DNA from: Acidimicrobiales bacterium | GTDB taxonomy: Bacteria > Actinomycetota > Acidimicrobiia > Acidimicrobiales > Bog-793 | Direction: 5' to 3' | Length of the DNA: 40,955 bases | Assembly (NCBI GenBank): GCA_035533675.1 | Contig: DATLTI010000322.1 | Coordinates: 1 to 40,955, forward strand | Shown: positions 1 to 9,131 of the stretch, piece by piece | Layout: the number at the start of each line of letters is the position of its first letter | Position numbering within the stretch: position 1 is the first letter of the stretch | Translations under genes and position numbers: made by a program | The notes under the pieces: generated by a model | What the model saw: the letters and a program-made list of their open reading frames with translations, nothing else | Databases searched by the model: none | Told to the model about the DNA's origin: nothing

Positions 1-570
1 ATCGATCGGACCCCGATTTGTCCACGCAACATTGTTCAAAAGACCAAACATCCCATCAAGATTGATCTTGCGCGGCTCGACATGGCGAAGTGAGAGCAAA
101 TGAAGTCGCAGATAGGCATCTGAGGCAGACTTCGGAGGCAGCGCCGGGTCTTCAATGACAACGAGAACCGGGACGCGCGATCGGGTCTCGCCTGCGATGA
201 ATTCGGGATCTTCATGCACAAGCGAACCGAGAACGCGCAGCGCATCAATATTCCCGTGGCCCTCTTCGTTCATGAACGCATGAAGCCGTGCCTCAATGTG
301 CTCGTAGAACTCGGCATTATCAAGTTTGACGGTCTCGGTCATCGTCTCGATCGCGTCATAAAGCACCGCCCAGGTGCCAAAGTTCTCGTCCACATTGATC
401 GCAGCGAACCGGGTGTCAAGCACCTTTGGCTCGTCTCCGATCTCTCGCTGCCAACAGGTCGCAACCCCTAGCGCAAAGGCAAACGGACGTGAGTACCCCG
501 GGCGCTTCTCTACCTCCGTTACAAACTGCTGAAACTCTTCTTTTGTCTTCAACACGAGATGAGAGGCCAT
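1..570 (-). CDS. dapD: 2,3,4,5-tetrahydropyridine-2,6-dicarboxylate N-succinyltransferase, N-terminal part (gene continues past the left window edge)
   Basis: Absent from the ORF track because it runs off the edge. Minus-strand ATG at 570 follows a GGAGGA RBS, and the frame is open for 190 codons down to position 1. The translation [13 protein letters not shown]...[40 protein letters not shown] matches my recollection of actinobacterial DapD (AWLRLHLLSHR...INLDGIFGLLNNVVWTN.GP). Confidence 0.75.
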   Translation of the reverse strand, partial: MASHLVLKTKEEFQQFVTEVEKRPGYSRPFAFALGVATCWQREIGDEPKVLDTRFAAINVDENFGTWAVLYDAIETMTETVKLDNAEFYEHIEARLHAFMNEEGHGNIDALRVLGSLVHEDPEFIAGETRSRVPVLVVIEDPALPPKSASDAYLRLHLLSLRHVEPRKINLDGMFGLLNNVAWTNRGPID

Positions 571-720
571 TCCTCCACTCTAGTAGTGCCTTTCTCCTGG
601 CCATAAGCCCGGCAATTGATCGCCTTTTCTCTGGCTCAGCCCAATGTCGATCATGATTCGCGAACTGTCACTCTTTGGAGATATCCGGTGATCGACAAGA
701 GCTTCCGATACCGTGCTGTT

Positions 721-1410
721 ATGTGTTTCTCGCCCCAGGCAGACCTTGTCGGCGGTGTTGTCATTGGAGCGATAGGTATCGACGCCCTTCGACACGTCGA
801 GAAAAGGGCAAGTCACCTCGCGATTGCGGCGCTTCCGGTGGTTCTAGCGGTCCATCAACTTGATGAGGCATTCATCTGGCTCGGGCTTGAGGGCCATGTT
901 AGAAGCTCTGTCAAGCATTTCGCACTTTGGATCTACCTACTCATCGCTTTCGTGCTTCTACCGATTTATATTCCGCTCGCAGTTATGGGATACGAACCAA
1001 CCGCGCGTCGAAAATGGGTGATGTCTCCATTTGTTGTGATTGGTGCGTATGTCTCGGTGGTGCTCTCTCTTGCAATGCTGCGTGGACCGTTTGGCGTCAC
1101 GATGCATCCACTTCAGCTCTCGTATAACCTACGCCTTGGGCACGCGACCATCATCGTCGGTCTGTATGTCATCGCCGTTTGCGGGGCGTTCCTTTTTTCG
1201 GGTATCCGTCCGATGGTCGTCTTTGGTCTGATCAACCTTGTCGCCGTGATCGTCATCGTGTTCCTCTCGATCGATGGTTTTGCTTCGGTGTGGTGCGCCT
1301 GGGCTACGATCTCAAGCGGGGCAATTGCGCTTCGCCTTCGTCTGCAAGAACGACATCGACTCGCATCGGCTGGTGCGCATGACCAGCATTATCAGCCCCA
1401 CCCCACGTAG
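721..1410 (+). CDS. Polytopic membrane protein, DUF6629-like
   Basis: ORF 616..1410. The internal start MCFSPQADLVGGVV at 721 resembles the typical N-terminus of the DUF6629 family. About 6 hydrophobic helices. Confidence 0.55.
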   Translation: MCFSPQADLVGGVVIGAIGIDALRHVEKRASHLAIAALPVVLAVHQLDEAFIWLGLEGHVRSSVKHFALWIYLLIAFVLLPIYIPLAVMGYEPTARRKWVMSPFVVIGAYVSVVLSLAMLRGPFGVTMHPLQLSYNLRLGHATIIVGLYVIAVCGAFLFSGIRPMVVFGLINLVAVIVIVFLSIDGFASVWCAWATISSGAIALRLRLQERHRLASAGAHDQHYQPHPT

Positions 1411-1647
1411 CCACAGTCACCTGCCGCTGCGGGTCGACTCAAGAGCCGAGTCACCTCTGACGGCGAAATCCAGCACCGTCCACTGCCACATTCTTCATTC
1501 GATTGTTCGCTTTGCATCTCCATCGGGGCAATAGGTGCGCCGTGGTGCTGCAAAAACCTCACCCGCATCTACCGGGTGGGTTTAATATCTGCCTTGATAT
1601 TTCCAACGACCGGCGAGAGCTGGCGTCTGTCATGAGGTGGGGGCTCC

Positions 1648-2256
1648 ATGGTTGATGTCGCTGAAGCAGCACATGTTCCGTCGAATGTTGAGGGAGCGCT
1701 CCGTCCCAAAATCCAGATTGTTCCGGTTCGGGGGCTGCCCATTGCGGCAATCGCGCTGATCGGCCTCATTGTTGCGATTGCGAGTAACTCGTTCTGGGCA
1801 CTCGACTTTTTCCATGTTGTCAGCGGCGGTCTCTGGACAGGAATTGACCTGTTCGTTGGTTTCATCATTGGACCAATTCTCGGGCGCCTCTCAATTCCTG
1901 CTCGAGCTGAATTCTCTGCGCGGTTTATGCCAAAGATGGTGATCGTCATGCCGACGCTCGTCATCATGACGCTCGCCTCTGGCTGGCAGGTAGCACGGCG
2001 CCAGCACACGATCCTCACCTCGTACTCGCACCACGGATGGGTCGTCGCCTCGATGATTGTGGTCGGGGTGATGGCAGTTATTGCCATCGGACTGTTGGAG
2101 CCCGCGAACCTTGCGGTGCTTTTTGAGATGGACAAGCCTCACCCAAATGGACAGCTGATTGAAAAACTCATGAAACGATTCATCTATACCGCTGGCATCA
2201 CGGGGGCAATGCAAGTTGCGACACTGGTCATCATGACGAAAATTGCAAGCGTCTGA
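1648..2256 (+). CDS. Hypothetical integral membrane protein (4-5 TM)
   Basis: 202-aa ORF preceded by a GAGGTGGGGG RBS. Hydrophobic helices throughout. Its TGA stop overlaps the next ATG (TGATG at 2254-2258). Confidence 0.6.
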   Translation: MVDVAEAAHVPSNVEGALRPKIQIVPVRGLPIAAIALIGLIVAIASNSFWALDFFHVVSGGLWTGIDLFVGFIIGPILGRLSIPARAEFSARFMPKMVIVMPTLVIMTLASGWQVARRQHTILTSYSHHGWVVASMIVVGVMAVIAIGLLEPANLAVLFEMDKPHPNGQLIEKLMKRFIYTAGITGAMQVATLVIMTKIASV

Positions 2257-2684
2257 TGACAGAGAACGCGACAACTTCCATCATCCTTGGCGATCGAAAA
2301 CTGCCTCCGATCGCCGAGATGATCATTGTTTCGATGGCGCTTGTCATCACGAGCGGAATCTATCTCGCCTCTCATCTTCCCAAAAGCGCATCTCTCGCAC
2401 CGGCAACCGTGCTGCTCGTGCTCGCCGAGGTCTCGACCGTGAGTGCGGTATTCACCGTAAGCCGGTTAAGGGACTTCAACTGGAAGGTGTTCTTCCAGGT
2501 CTGGAGATGGGCAATGTTGGCCTATATCGTCATCGGTGGAATTCTCGAGTTCGTCTTTATCTTCGACCACACGCGCGGATCCATGCTGCTTGTGTTTACG
2601 CTCTCTCTGGCGATCTTTGCCCTTGATATTCCCCTGCTGCTCTCCTTCTCTGTCGCACGATATCAAGAGATCAAATCTTCCTAG
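2256..2684 (+). CDS. Hypothetical integral membrane protein (4 TM), translationally coupled to the upstream gene
   Basis: 142-aa ORF with a 1-nt stop/start overlap with 1648..2256. Hydrophobic profile. Confidence 0.6.
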   Translation: MTENATTSIILGDRKLPPIAEMIIVSMALVITSGIYLASHLPKSASLAPATVLLVLAEVSTVSAVFTVSRLRDFNWKVFFQVWRWAMLAYIVIGGILEFVFIFDHTRGSMLLVFTLSLAIFALDIPLLLSFSVARYQEIKSS

Positions 2685-2893
2685 TCGTCCTCATCTCCTG
2701 ACACGATCGACACAGCGGATCGTGTCGCACAGCCAACATGTTCGTCACCGCAACAAAACTTGGCCAATTCGCTCACGTGCTTCGCGCGCTGGCATTACAC
2801 ACCCATAACAGCACCTATCAGACACATAACAAAGCGGATGAGATATTTAGCACGCGCCCTTCTGGGCAAGACAAACCAAAAGGGGGAGATGCG

Positions 2894-3604
2894 ATGAGCA
2901 CCAAGCTTCTCCAAGTTGGAATTGCCTCAGCAATTTTCGGCGGAGCATTTGCAGTTCTTGTGCCGGATATCACCTCAGCGAGCGTGCGCCCACACGGTTT
3001 CCTGTCCAGTCAACACACGCTAGAGACACAGCTCGCCATCCGGGCAAGCCAGCTCAACCGGCTCGGTACCGACATCACCGGCGCAAAATCACTCATCGCG
3101 GCCCATGCGGCAACGCTCAGCGCAAACGTCTCATCCGCGCTGACAAACATCAACGCGCTTGTCACCAAAGTTCCAACAGACACCACCAATGTCGAGCTCC
3201 GGACAGACGAGATCTCAATGGTCAAGCAGAATCGTGTCTTTGCAGTCTTGACTCCTCAGGTCTTTCTCACCATTGAAGCAGACAACGTCGCAGGTGAGGT
3301 GACCTCGCTCCACGGGGAAGAGCCGAGCCTGCTTTCGACTGTCAACGGCCTTGTCGGACAGCACGGCTATACGAACGCGCTCAATCGCTACACGGACTTC
3401 GTCAAACTGGTAAACCGGGCAAGCCTCGATGCCACTGATGTGGCTGCCAGAGTGATTGCTCAGACTCCAGCGGAATTTCCTGGTGACACCGGATTGTTTG
3501 TTCACACGAATAGGGCTTTTCTCGACGCAAACATCGTACTCGCGCATGCGAACTACGACGCGAGCATCATCGGGCTTTCCTCTGGTGGCTATATCGGCGG
3601 ATGA
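2894..3604 (+). CDS. Secreted hypothetical protein (helical, Ala/Leu/Thr-rich)
   Basis: ORF 2738..3604. The internal ATG at 2894 follows AAAAGGGGGAGA. The N-terminus MSTKLLQVGIASAIFGGAFAVLVPDITSA looks like a signal peptide. Confidence 0.6.
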   Translation: MSTKLLQVGIASAIFGGAFAVLVPDITSASVRPHGFLSSQHTLETQLAIRASQLNRLGTDITGAKSLIAAHAATLSANVSSALTNINALVTKVPTDTTNVELRTDEISMVKQNRVFAVLTPQVFLTIEADNVAGEVTSLHGEEPSLLSTVNGLVGQHGYTNALNRYTDFVKLVNRASLDATDVAARVIAQTPAEFPGDTGLFVHTNRAFLDANIVLAHANYDASIIGLSSGGYIGG

Positions 3605-3717
3605 TCACGGCTCAATAGGCAAGCTCACCAAAACAGACAAGAGGGAGACCAGTGACGGGCTCGGTCATTGTGCAAGGTAAAACCAAAAACCTCTGATCCA
3701 AGGCGATCTGCAGAGGG

Positions 3718-3759
3718 TTCGAGAGGTCCATTGACCCTCCGAACAATGGACCTCTCGAA
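3718..3759 (+). terminator. Perfect 16-bp stem / 10-nt loop hairpin between two same-strand genes
   Basis: ttcgagaggtccattg (3718-3733) is the exact reverse complement of caatggacctctcgaa (3744-3759). No clear U-tail follows. Confidence 0.4.
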
Positions 3760-3804
3760 TCGAGGCGGGCACGCGCGAAAGATGAGCCGGAAAAACATGA
3801 GACG

Positions 3805-5661
3805 TTGATGAAGAATTCTGATCGCGGCAACAACAAAATGGCGTTTCGCACTACCGTCGATGCCGTGCACTCTCGTCTTCAGCCACTCTTTGCCACAACT
3901 GCCGCTCTCCTGCTTATCGGAGGCGTCTCTGTCGTCTCGTCGATCGCTTCAATGGGCATAGCTAGTTCGGCCTCGCTTTGTACAACGCAGAGCTCTCTGA
4001 CGCCGAGTTCCGTCGGAGGACCTGCGTACTACCTTTTTGAATCAAACGGTATGGTCGTCTCTTGTGGTGGGGCGCCACTGCATGGCTCAAGACCAAGAGA
4101 ACGGCTGTCGAATCCGATCGTGACGGGTGCAGCAACGACGGCTGGGGCTGGTTACTGGCTGGTAAGCGCGCTTGGCGATGTTTTTGCCTTTGGGAATGCC
4201 GCGATTTTTGGCTCACCTGCGCACCTTCACCTGCGCTCGCCAATCGTTGATCTCGCTCCAACTCCGGACGGCAACGGCTACTGGGTTGTGAGCGCAAGTG
4301 GCAACCTTCTCCATTTTGGGGACGCTGGATTTTACGGTTCAACCGTCCATGACCATAGAGATGGCAACGTCGTCTCCATTCTTCCGACGCCAGATGGAAA
4401 TGGGTATTGGATCGTCTCGACCTTAGGGATCGTGCAAAATTTTGGAGATGCCCCGCCGGTCGGTTCACTCAAGTACAAGCGTCCGCAGGTTATCGCTGCG
4501 AGCGCCAATCCCGACGGCCGCGGCCTCGTGATTCTCACCAAGGACGGTGGCGTACACAATCTTGGAACAAGCGGATACTTCGGCTCGTTGATCCATCGGC
4601 GGCTACCACGCCCGCTCACCTCCGTCGCCTCGACCCCCGATGGAAACGGATATCTCCTCGCAGACGCTGCAGGAGGCACCTTCACCTTTGGCGACGCGGT
4701 GTTTGACGGATCGCTTGCAACGTCGCCTCCGAAGAGGCCAACACGGGTCGTTGCAATCGACGAGATCACGCTCCCGACGCCCGCAACCCTAACGAGCACA
4801 CTTATCGCACCAAGCTCGCTCTTGCCGCGGGGAGCCCTTGGCTATGACGTCTCGAACTTCCAATGTGCAACTCCTGGTTCAAATGTGGCCTCCTCAAAAC
4901 TGCCGAGTGTCTCCACCTTTTCCGTCATCGAGGCTGCAGGCTGGCTCGATAGCTCGCAGAACACCTGCCTCGCATCAGAGGCAGCTTGGGCAAATGCCGC
5001 GGCTGGCGCGGCGCGAGCCCACTACAGCCTGTATCTGTTCACCAATTCGCCAGACCAATCCGCGCCAGCGAACGCCCTCGATGCGAATGGTCCAGCGGGA
5101 AGTTGCGCCTCGCTCACCGCGGCCTCCGTACCGCTCTCCCAGGCGGCATGTATGGCGTACAACTACGGCTACGAGGGAGCGCTCACCGCCTACAACGGCT
5201 CGTTGGCCGTCGGGGTCTCATCTTCACTGTGGTGGCTTGACGTGGAGGGCACAAACCTGTCGGGTAATCAGTATTCGAGTTTCTCTACGGGAAAATATTG
5301 GTCCAATTCTCCAGCGTTAAACGACGACACCATCCAGGGCGCGATTGACGCATTGCGAAGCGAGGGCATCACAGTCGGCATCTACTCATCAAGTGTGCAG
5401 TACCCAACAATCGCGGGGTCGTACGTTCCCACGGGAAACCAGATCCCGCTCTGGGTTGCCGGAGCGCCGTGGACGAATCCTCCATACACCGAGAGCGGTC
5501 TCCCTGCTCCAAGCATCCTCTCGGGATGGTGTGCAGGAACATCGGGGTACAACACCACCTATGCGGGTGACCTGTTCGCTGGCGGAGTTCCGTGGATGTT
5601 GCAGGAGACTCCTGGGAATGAGCCCTCACCCTACGGAATCGATCCGAACTACACCTGTTAG
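3805..5661 (+). CDS. Secreted or anchored protein: about 6 propeller-like repeats (GYW[LVI]V..G....FGDA.F.GS) plus a C-terminal GH25/DUF1906-like glycoside-hydrolase-like domain
   Basis: 618-aa ORF with an N-terminal hydrophobic segment (LFATTAALLLIGGVSVVSSIASMG). Repeats such as PTPDGNGYWVVSASGNLLHFGDAGFYGS. The C-terminal part (ALGYDVSNFQC...WWLDVEG...GIYSS...WMLQET) resembles the GH25 / Rv2525c-like TIM-barrel pattern from memory. Confidence 0.7.
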   Translation: MMKNSDRGNNKMAFRTTVDAVHSRLQPLFATTAALLLIGGVSVVSSIASMGIASSASLCTTQSSLTPSSVGGPAYYLFESNGMVVSCGGAPLHGSRPRERLSNPIVTGAATTAGAGYWLVSALGDVFAFGNAAIFGSPAHLHLRSPIVDLAPTPDGNGYWVVSASGNLLHFGDAGFYGSTVHDHRDGNVVSILPTPDGNGYWIVSTLGIVQNFGDAPPVGSLKYKRPQVIAASANPDGRGLVILTKDGGVHNLGTSGYFGSLIHRRLPRPLTSVASTPDGNGYLLADAAGGTFTFGDAVFDGSLATSPPKRPTRVVAIDEITLPTPATLTSTLIAPSSLLPRGALGYDVSNFQCATPGSNVASSKLPSVSTFSVIEAAGWLDSSQNTCLASEAAWANAAAGAARAHYSLYLFTNSPDQSAPANALDANGPAGSCASLTAASVPLSQAACMAYNYGYEGALTAYNGSLAVGVSSSLWWLDVEGTNLSGNQYSSFSTGKYWSNSPALNDDTIQGAIDALRSEGITVGIYSSSVQYPTIAGSYVPTGNQIPLWVAGAPWTNPPYTESGLPAPSILSGWCAGTSGYNTTYAGDLFAGGVPWMLQETPGNEPSPYGIDPNYTC

Positions 5662-5831
5662 CACCACTATCCGCGCTTACCCGGTGTCTCATGGCTGAGT
5701 GCGCGTCTTGAACCGTGCAATGGACTGGATCTGTATGACGAACATCGCCCCCATCGGATCAAAGGTCTGGCTCTCGTGAATAAATTGCAACGAGGCCAAT
5801 CGCGATTGAAGCGCGTTCTGTCAAGACAGGT

Positions 5832-7112
5832 TCAGGAGTTCGTGTCTCGGCCACTGCTCTTAGTCTGAACAAATGGGCGGGGATTCAAGATTCGAACTGT
5901 CTGAATACTCTGGCGTCGTACCTTTTCTACGATCAGCGTCGCGTCACCTATTGCAATCGTGTCGCCAGCCTTGGGTATGTCTCCGAGTACCCCGTAGACA
6001 TACCCACCAATGGAGTCCGCGTCGACGGACTCAAGTTGCAGGTGAAGCAGCTCCTCGACATCTCCGATCGGAAATCGAGCGTTCAATAGGACCTCCGAGT
6101 CCGAAATGAACTGGATATCCTCAATCTCGGCGACGTCGTATTCATCGCGAATCGGACCGACAATCTCTTCGATCAGATCTTCCATCGTCACGACTCCGGC
6201 GGTTCCTCCATGTTCATCAACAACAATGGCGATATGCACGCGCCGCTCACGCATCTCACTGAGCAGTTCACCAACGTGTTTCAGCTCAGGGGTAAAATAG
6301 GCCTCGCGCACAAGCTCTCTCAGAGAGGCTTGGCTGCTTCCTCGAATACCTGGACGAAGTAGGTCTTTCGCGTAAACGACGCCAATTATCTGGTCAATGC
6401 GGTCCTCATAAATGGGAATTCTCGAATGTCCGTACTGGATCACCGTGTCAATAACCTCATCGAGGCTCTTCGTCACTTCGATCGCGATCACATCGACTCG
6501 TGGCACCATGACCTCTCTCACGGGCTTGTCGGTCATCTCAAGAACTCCGTGGATCATTTCCCGCTCTTCTTGATCGACAACTCCCTCTTGTTCACCGACC
6601 TCGACGAGCAACTTGAGTTCTTCCTCGGTTACAAATGGACCAGGTAACTTTCGCCCTGTAACTCGCAAAAGCAACACGCTGACGACCATAAGCACCGTCA
6701 CAATCGGTTTCAGCGCTCGCGTCAGAAACATCACCGGCCGAGCCATGAAAAGTGCGACTCGTTGGTTATAGCGAAGCGAAATCGATTTGGGGGCGATCTC
6801 ACAGAAGACAAGCACAACCACCGAAAGCACAACAGTTACTATCCAGGTGGGGACTGAGTGTGCATGTCTCGCGCCAATAAGCGTTGCCGCGGTTGACGCG
6901 ACGATGACCGCGACGGTATTGAGACTCAGGATCGTCGAGAGATAGCCGTTGGGATCATCATGCAGGCGCACCACTACAGCGGCGGAACGATTTCCCTCTT
7001 CGGCAAGACTCCGCATCCTAATTCGACTCACCGACGTCAGAGAGGTCTCGGCGGCGGCGGCAAATCCTGCGATGACAAGACCCAGCGATACCAGCAGAAT
7101 CAACCCAGTCAT
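5832..7112 (-). CDS. Hemolysin-family / CNNM protein (DUF21 membrane domain + CBS pair + CorC_HlyC)
   Basis: 426-aa ORF. The N-terminus LILLVSLGLVIAGFAAAAETSLTSVSRIRMRSLAEEG is the typical DUF21 opening. The CBS region and the C-terminal transporter-associated domain are recognisable. Confidence 0.9.
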   Translation of the reverse strand: MTGLILLVSLGLVIAGFAAAAETSLTSVSRIRMRSLAEEGNRSAAVVVRLHDDPNGYLSTILSLNTVAVIVASTAATLIGARHAHSVPTWIVTVVLSVVVLVFCEIAPKSISLRYNQRVALFMARPVMFLTRALKPIVTVLMVVSVLLLRVTGRKLPGPFVTEEELKLLVEVGEQEGVVDQEEREMIHGVLEMTDKPVREVMVPRVDVIAIEVTKSLDEVIDTVIQYGHSRIPIYEDRIDQIIGVVYAKDLLRPGIRGSSQASLRELVREAYFTPELKHVGELLSEMRERRVHIAIVVDEHGGTAGVVTMEDLIEEIVGPIRDEYDVAEIEDIQFISDSEVLLNARFPIGDVEELLHLQLESVDADSIGGYVYGVLGDIPKAGDTIAIGDATLIVEKVRRQSIQTVRILNPRPFVQTKSSGRDTNS

Positions 7113-7369
7113 AACGTCAGCGCCCGGTCCGCGGTGATAGATAACTCCACTTTCTCAATCGACAGTGACGAATATTTGGAACTGGCGTAATCAAGAGTCA
7201 ATGATGGCGACGTTTGACAGGTCACAGACGACGTCGCTAACAACGACGCGAGAGCGAGAATCGATCGCCCCCACATCCCAAAAAAGCTGTACTTGACATC
7301 GTCATCTTCCCGTAACGATACCTTGGGATCGCGTCGCGTTACCGGACTGTAGGAGATGATCGCCGGCAA
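7109..7369 (-). CDS. Small hypothetical ORF, ATGA-coupled to the CNNM gene (possibly only the MWGRSILALASLLATSSVTC... part is real)
   Basis: The stop overlaps the CNNM start (ATGA at 7109-7112). An internal Met is followed by a signal-peptide-like stretch. No recognisable family. Confidence 0.25.
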   Translation of the reverse strand: MPAIISYSPVTRRDPKVSLREDDDVKYSFFGMWGRSILALASLLATSSVTCQTSPSLTLDYASSKYSSLSIEKVELSITADRALTL

Positions 7370-7533
7370 ACGAGGGGTTGCGCGAGAACAGCACTGCGAA
7401 ATCTGACGGAACTTGAACCCATCGCAAGGTGGACACCCGGAATGAATCTCTCGGTTGGGCCTCGTACCTCATAGCTTCGAAGTGGGCCCGTAATAAGGAG
7501 GGCATCATAACCACTGATTGAATACGCCGGCCT

Positions 7534-7794
7534 TTACGGTCCACCGTCTTGACACAATCGGTGGCTGGCGACAAGGAGAGCTCGTGCCTCTTCCATATCT
7601 TGGGGATTGAATGTCCTATCGAGAAATATGGACTCTGCTCTTTTGCCAAATACAACATGAGGATAGGTGTGGAGTGTCGGATCAATCGGTGTGTCCAGTG
7701 GAGCTAACGGTGGGCCATACTGAGCCAGAGAACCGGTAGGAATGGCGCGAATGCGATAGGACATCATGCGAAGCTGTTCCAAGGCATCAGCCAT
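7534..7794 (-). CDS. Hypothetical protein, possibly the first fragment of a frameshifted gene
   Basis: 86-aa ORF with a GAGGAG RBS 8 nt upstream of the ATG at 7794. It overlaps ORF 7302..7685, which lies in another frame. Confidence 0.3.
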   Translation of the reverse strand: MADALEQLRMMSYRIRAIPTGSLAQYGPPLAPLDTPIDPTLHTYPHVVFGKRAESIFLDRTFNPQDMEEARALLVASHRLCQDGGP

Positions 7795-7953
7795 TCTTTA
7801 CCGCTCCTCTAGTCCATGCAATCAAGTGTGTTGCGACGGTCCTACGGTTACCAATAAATTGGTCTAAACGCTGAGTACAACAGCAGTCTGTTTTTGAAAA
7901 ATAGAGAGACCGTCTTGTCCTACTTTCCCTTCGAGGGCTCTTCCTACGAGATC

Positions 7954-8478
7954 TCATACCTGTCTCTTGCTATCCAAGCTCGGGTCGCTTTCGGCATTAC
8001 TCTCAAGAGCATGCGCTTTTTCGCGCCGGGCCCTTCTCCGTAACGCCAGACGAAGTTGTGTTGTGCGACTTACACCGACTGCAACTACGACAAATGCTCC
8101 AGCAAGCGATGCGGCGAGTAGGGCGACAGCCACCGGAATATACCCGCTGGCTGAGAAGAAATTAACTCGCACCGGATGCGTGTTCTCGACGATGAAATCG
8201 ACAAGAGCTACGCCGAGTACCACCGCAACGACGATCGCTGCCCACGCGCCGCTGATACGCGTGTGGCGAACATCTTCGCTGAGAGGATGCACCACATGCG
8301 ACTTCGCCTGCTCGTCATGGTCAAGAGGTGATTCACGGAGCTGCTCACTCTCTTCACGCGATGAGGAGCTTTCAAAAGCCTCGGTAGCTGCTATAGCCGA
8401 CGGCGCATCAGTATCTGAAAGTGTCGGTTGGGTTGAAGCGTCAAATGGTCTCGTCACATTGATTCCTTCGTTGTGCAT
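7954..8478 (-). CDS. LapA-domain (DUF1049) membrane protein with an acidic N-terminal extension
   Basis: The motif RISGAWAAIVVAVVLGVALVDFIVENTHPVRVNFFSASGYIPVAVALLAASLAGAFVV...QLRLALRRR fits the LapA_dom two-helix pattern. Confidence 0.7.
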   Translation of the reverse strand: MHNEGINVTRPFDASTQPTLSDTDAPSAIAATEAFESSSSREESEQLRESPLDHDEQAKSHVVHPLSEDVRHTRISGAWAAIVVAVVLGVALVDFIVENTHPVRVNFFSASGYIPVAVALLAASLAGAFVVVAVGVSRTTQLRLALRRRARREKAHALESNAESDPSLDSKRQV

Positions 8479-8519
8479 CTAGAGAACGAAGCCACTCAGC
8501 CCAGTTCGCGCTTCGCTCT

Positions 8520-8804
8520 TTACGTGATTGCAGGATCGACAAGAAGGTCAAGAACATCGCCGATCGTCAGCTCCCGACCGATCGCCTCTCCAAGCGGTTG
8601 TTGAACCTGAATCTCATACCGATTGCGACGACCCTCACGGTCTTTCGATACATAACCGGCCTGAGTCAAATCGGTGACAATACCAAAGGCAGTCCGCTCC
8701 GTGACTCCCAAACTCTCGGCGATATCACGAAGACGCGCCCCGGGGTCGTGGGCGATGCACACCAGCGCCCGCCCGTGATTCGTGAGGAAACTCCAAGTCG
8801 CCAT
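8520..8804 (-). CDS. Small winged-helix (MarR/ArsR-like) transcriptional regulator
   Basis: 94 aa. SFLTNHGRALVCIAHDPGARLRDIAESLGVTERTAFGIVTDLTQAGYVSKDREGRRNRY is a typical wHTH. Confidence 0.75.
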   Translation of the reverse strand: MATWSFLTNHGRALVCIAHDPGARLRDIAESLGVTERTAFGIVTDLTQAGYVSKDREGRRNRYEIQVQQPLGEAIGRELTIGDVLDLLVDPAIT

Positions 8805-8876
8805 AGTTGAATGTATACCACGTTTTCTGGTTATTCAGTACTATATTTATTTCTCTAGTTTTTATTTGCTAGCTTC

Positions 8877-8905
8877 TTGACACTAGAGTATGGTAATCGT
8901 ACACT
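8877..8905 (+). promoter_or_regulatory. Sigma70-like promoter candidate TTGACA-N17-TACACT inside an unusually AT-rich 85-nt intergenic segment
   Basis: ttgaca at 8877-8882, a 17-nt spacer, tacact at 8900-8905. It lies between the divergent wHTH gene and the long leader of the DUF3494 gene. Confidence 0.35.
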
Positions 8906-9102
8906 CCAGCGAGCAGGGAAATTGGGACCGGATATCTCTAACCTCGCCTGACGAAAAGCCAGGGGAACGGACCAAGATGGGTATCATTGATCTCATGGGT
9001 ACGGACTGCTTCACAGCTCTCACAACGGTGCACATGGGGCGCTCCAAAAGCGTCCTCCAGCATCATGGTTCAGGCTTTAGGCGAGTCTTTGAAAGCGAAC
9101 TG

Positions 9103-9131
9103 ACCATTGTCGATGATTCATCGACAATGGT
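9103..9131. promoter_or_regulatory. Perfect palindrome (13-14-bp arms around one central nt) in the leader of the DUF3494 gene; operator or hairpin candidate
   Basis: In accattgtcgatga-t-tcatcgacaatggt, every arm position pairs. Confidence 0.6.

Noticed and set aside
8905-8990. Weak resemblance of the leader (..gcagggaaattgggacc...ctgacgaaaagccagggg..) to the c-di-GMP-I (GEMM-I) riboswitch core (GGGCAAAC...GACGCAAAGCC.CCGG).
   Set aside because: Only short strings match. The expected helix/tetraloop-receptor architecture cannot be drawn by eye. It needs an Infernal scan before any claim.
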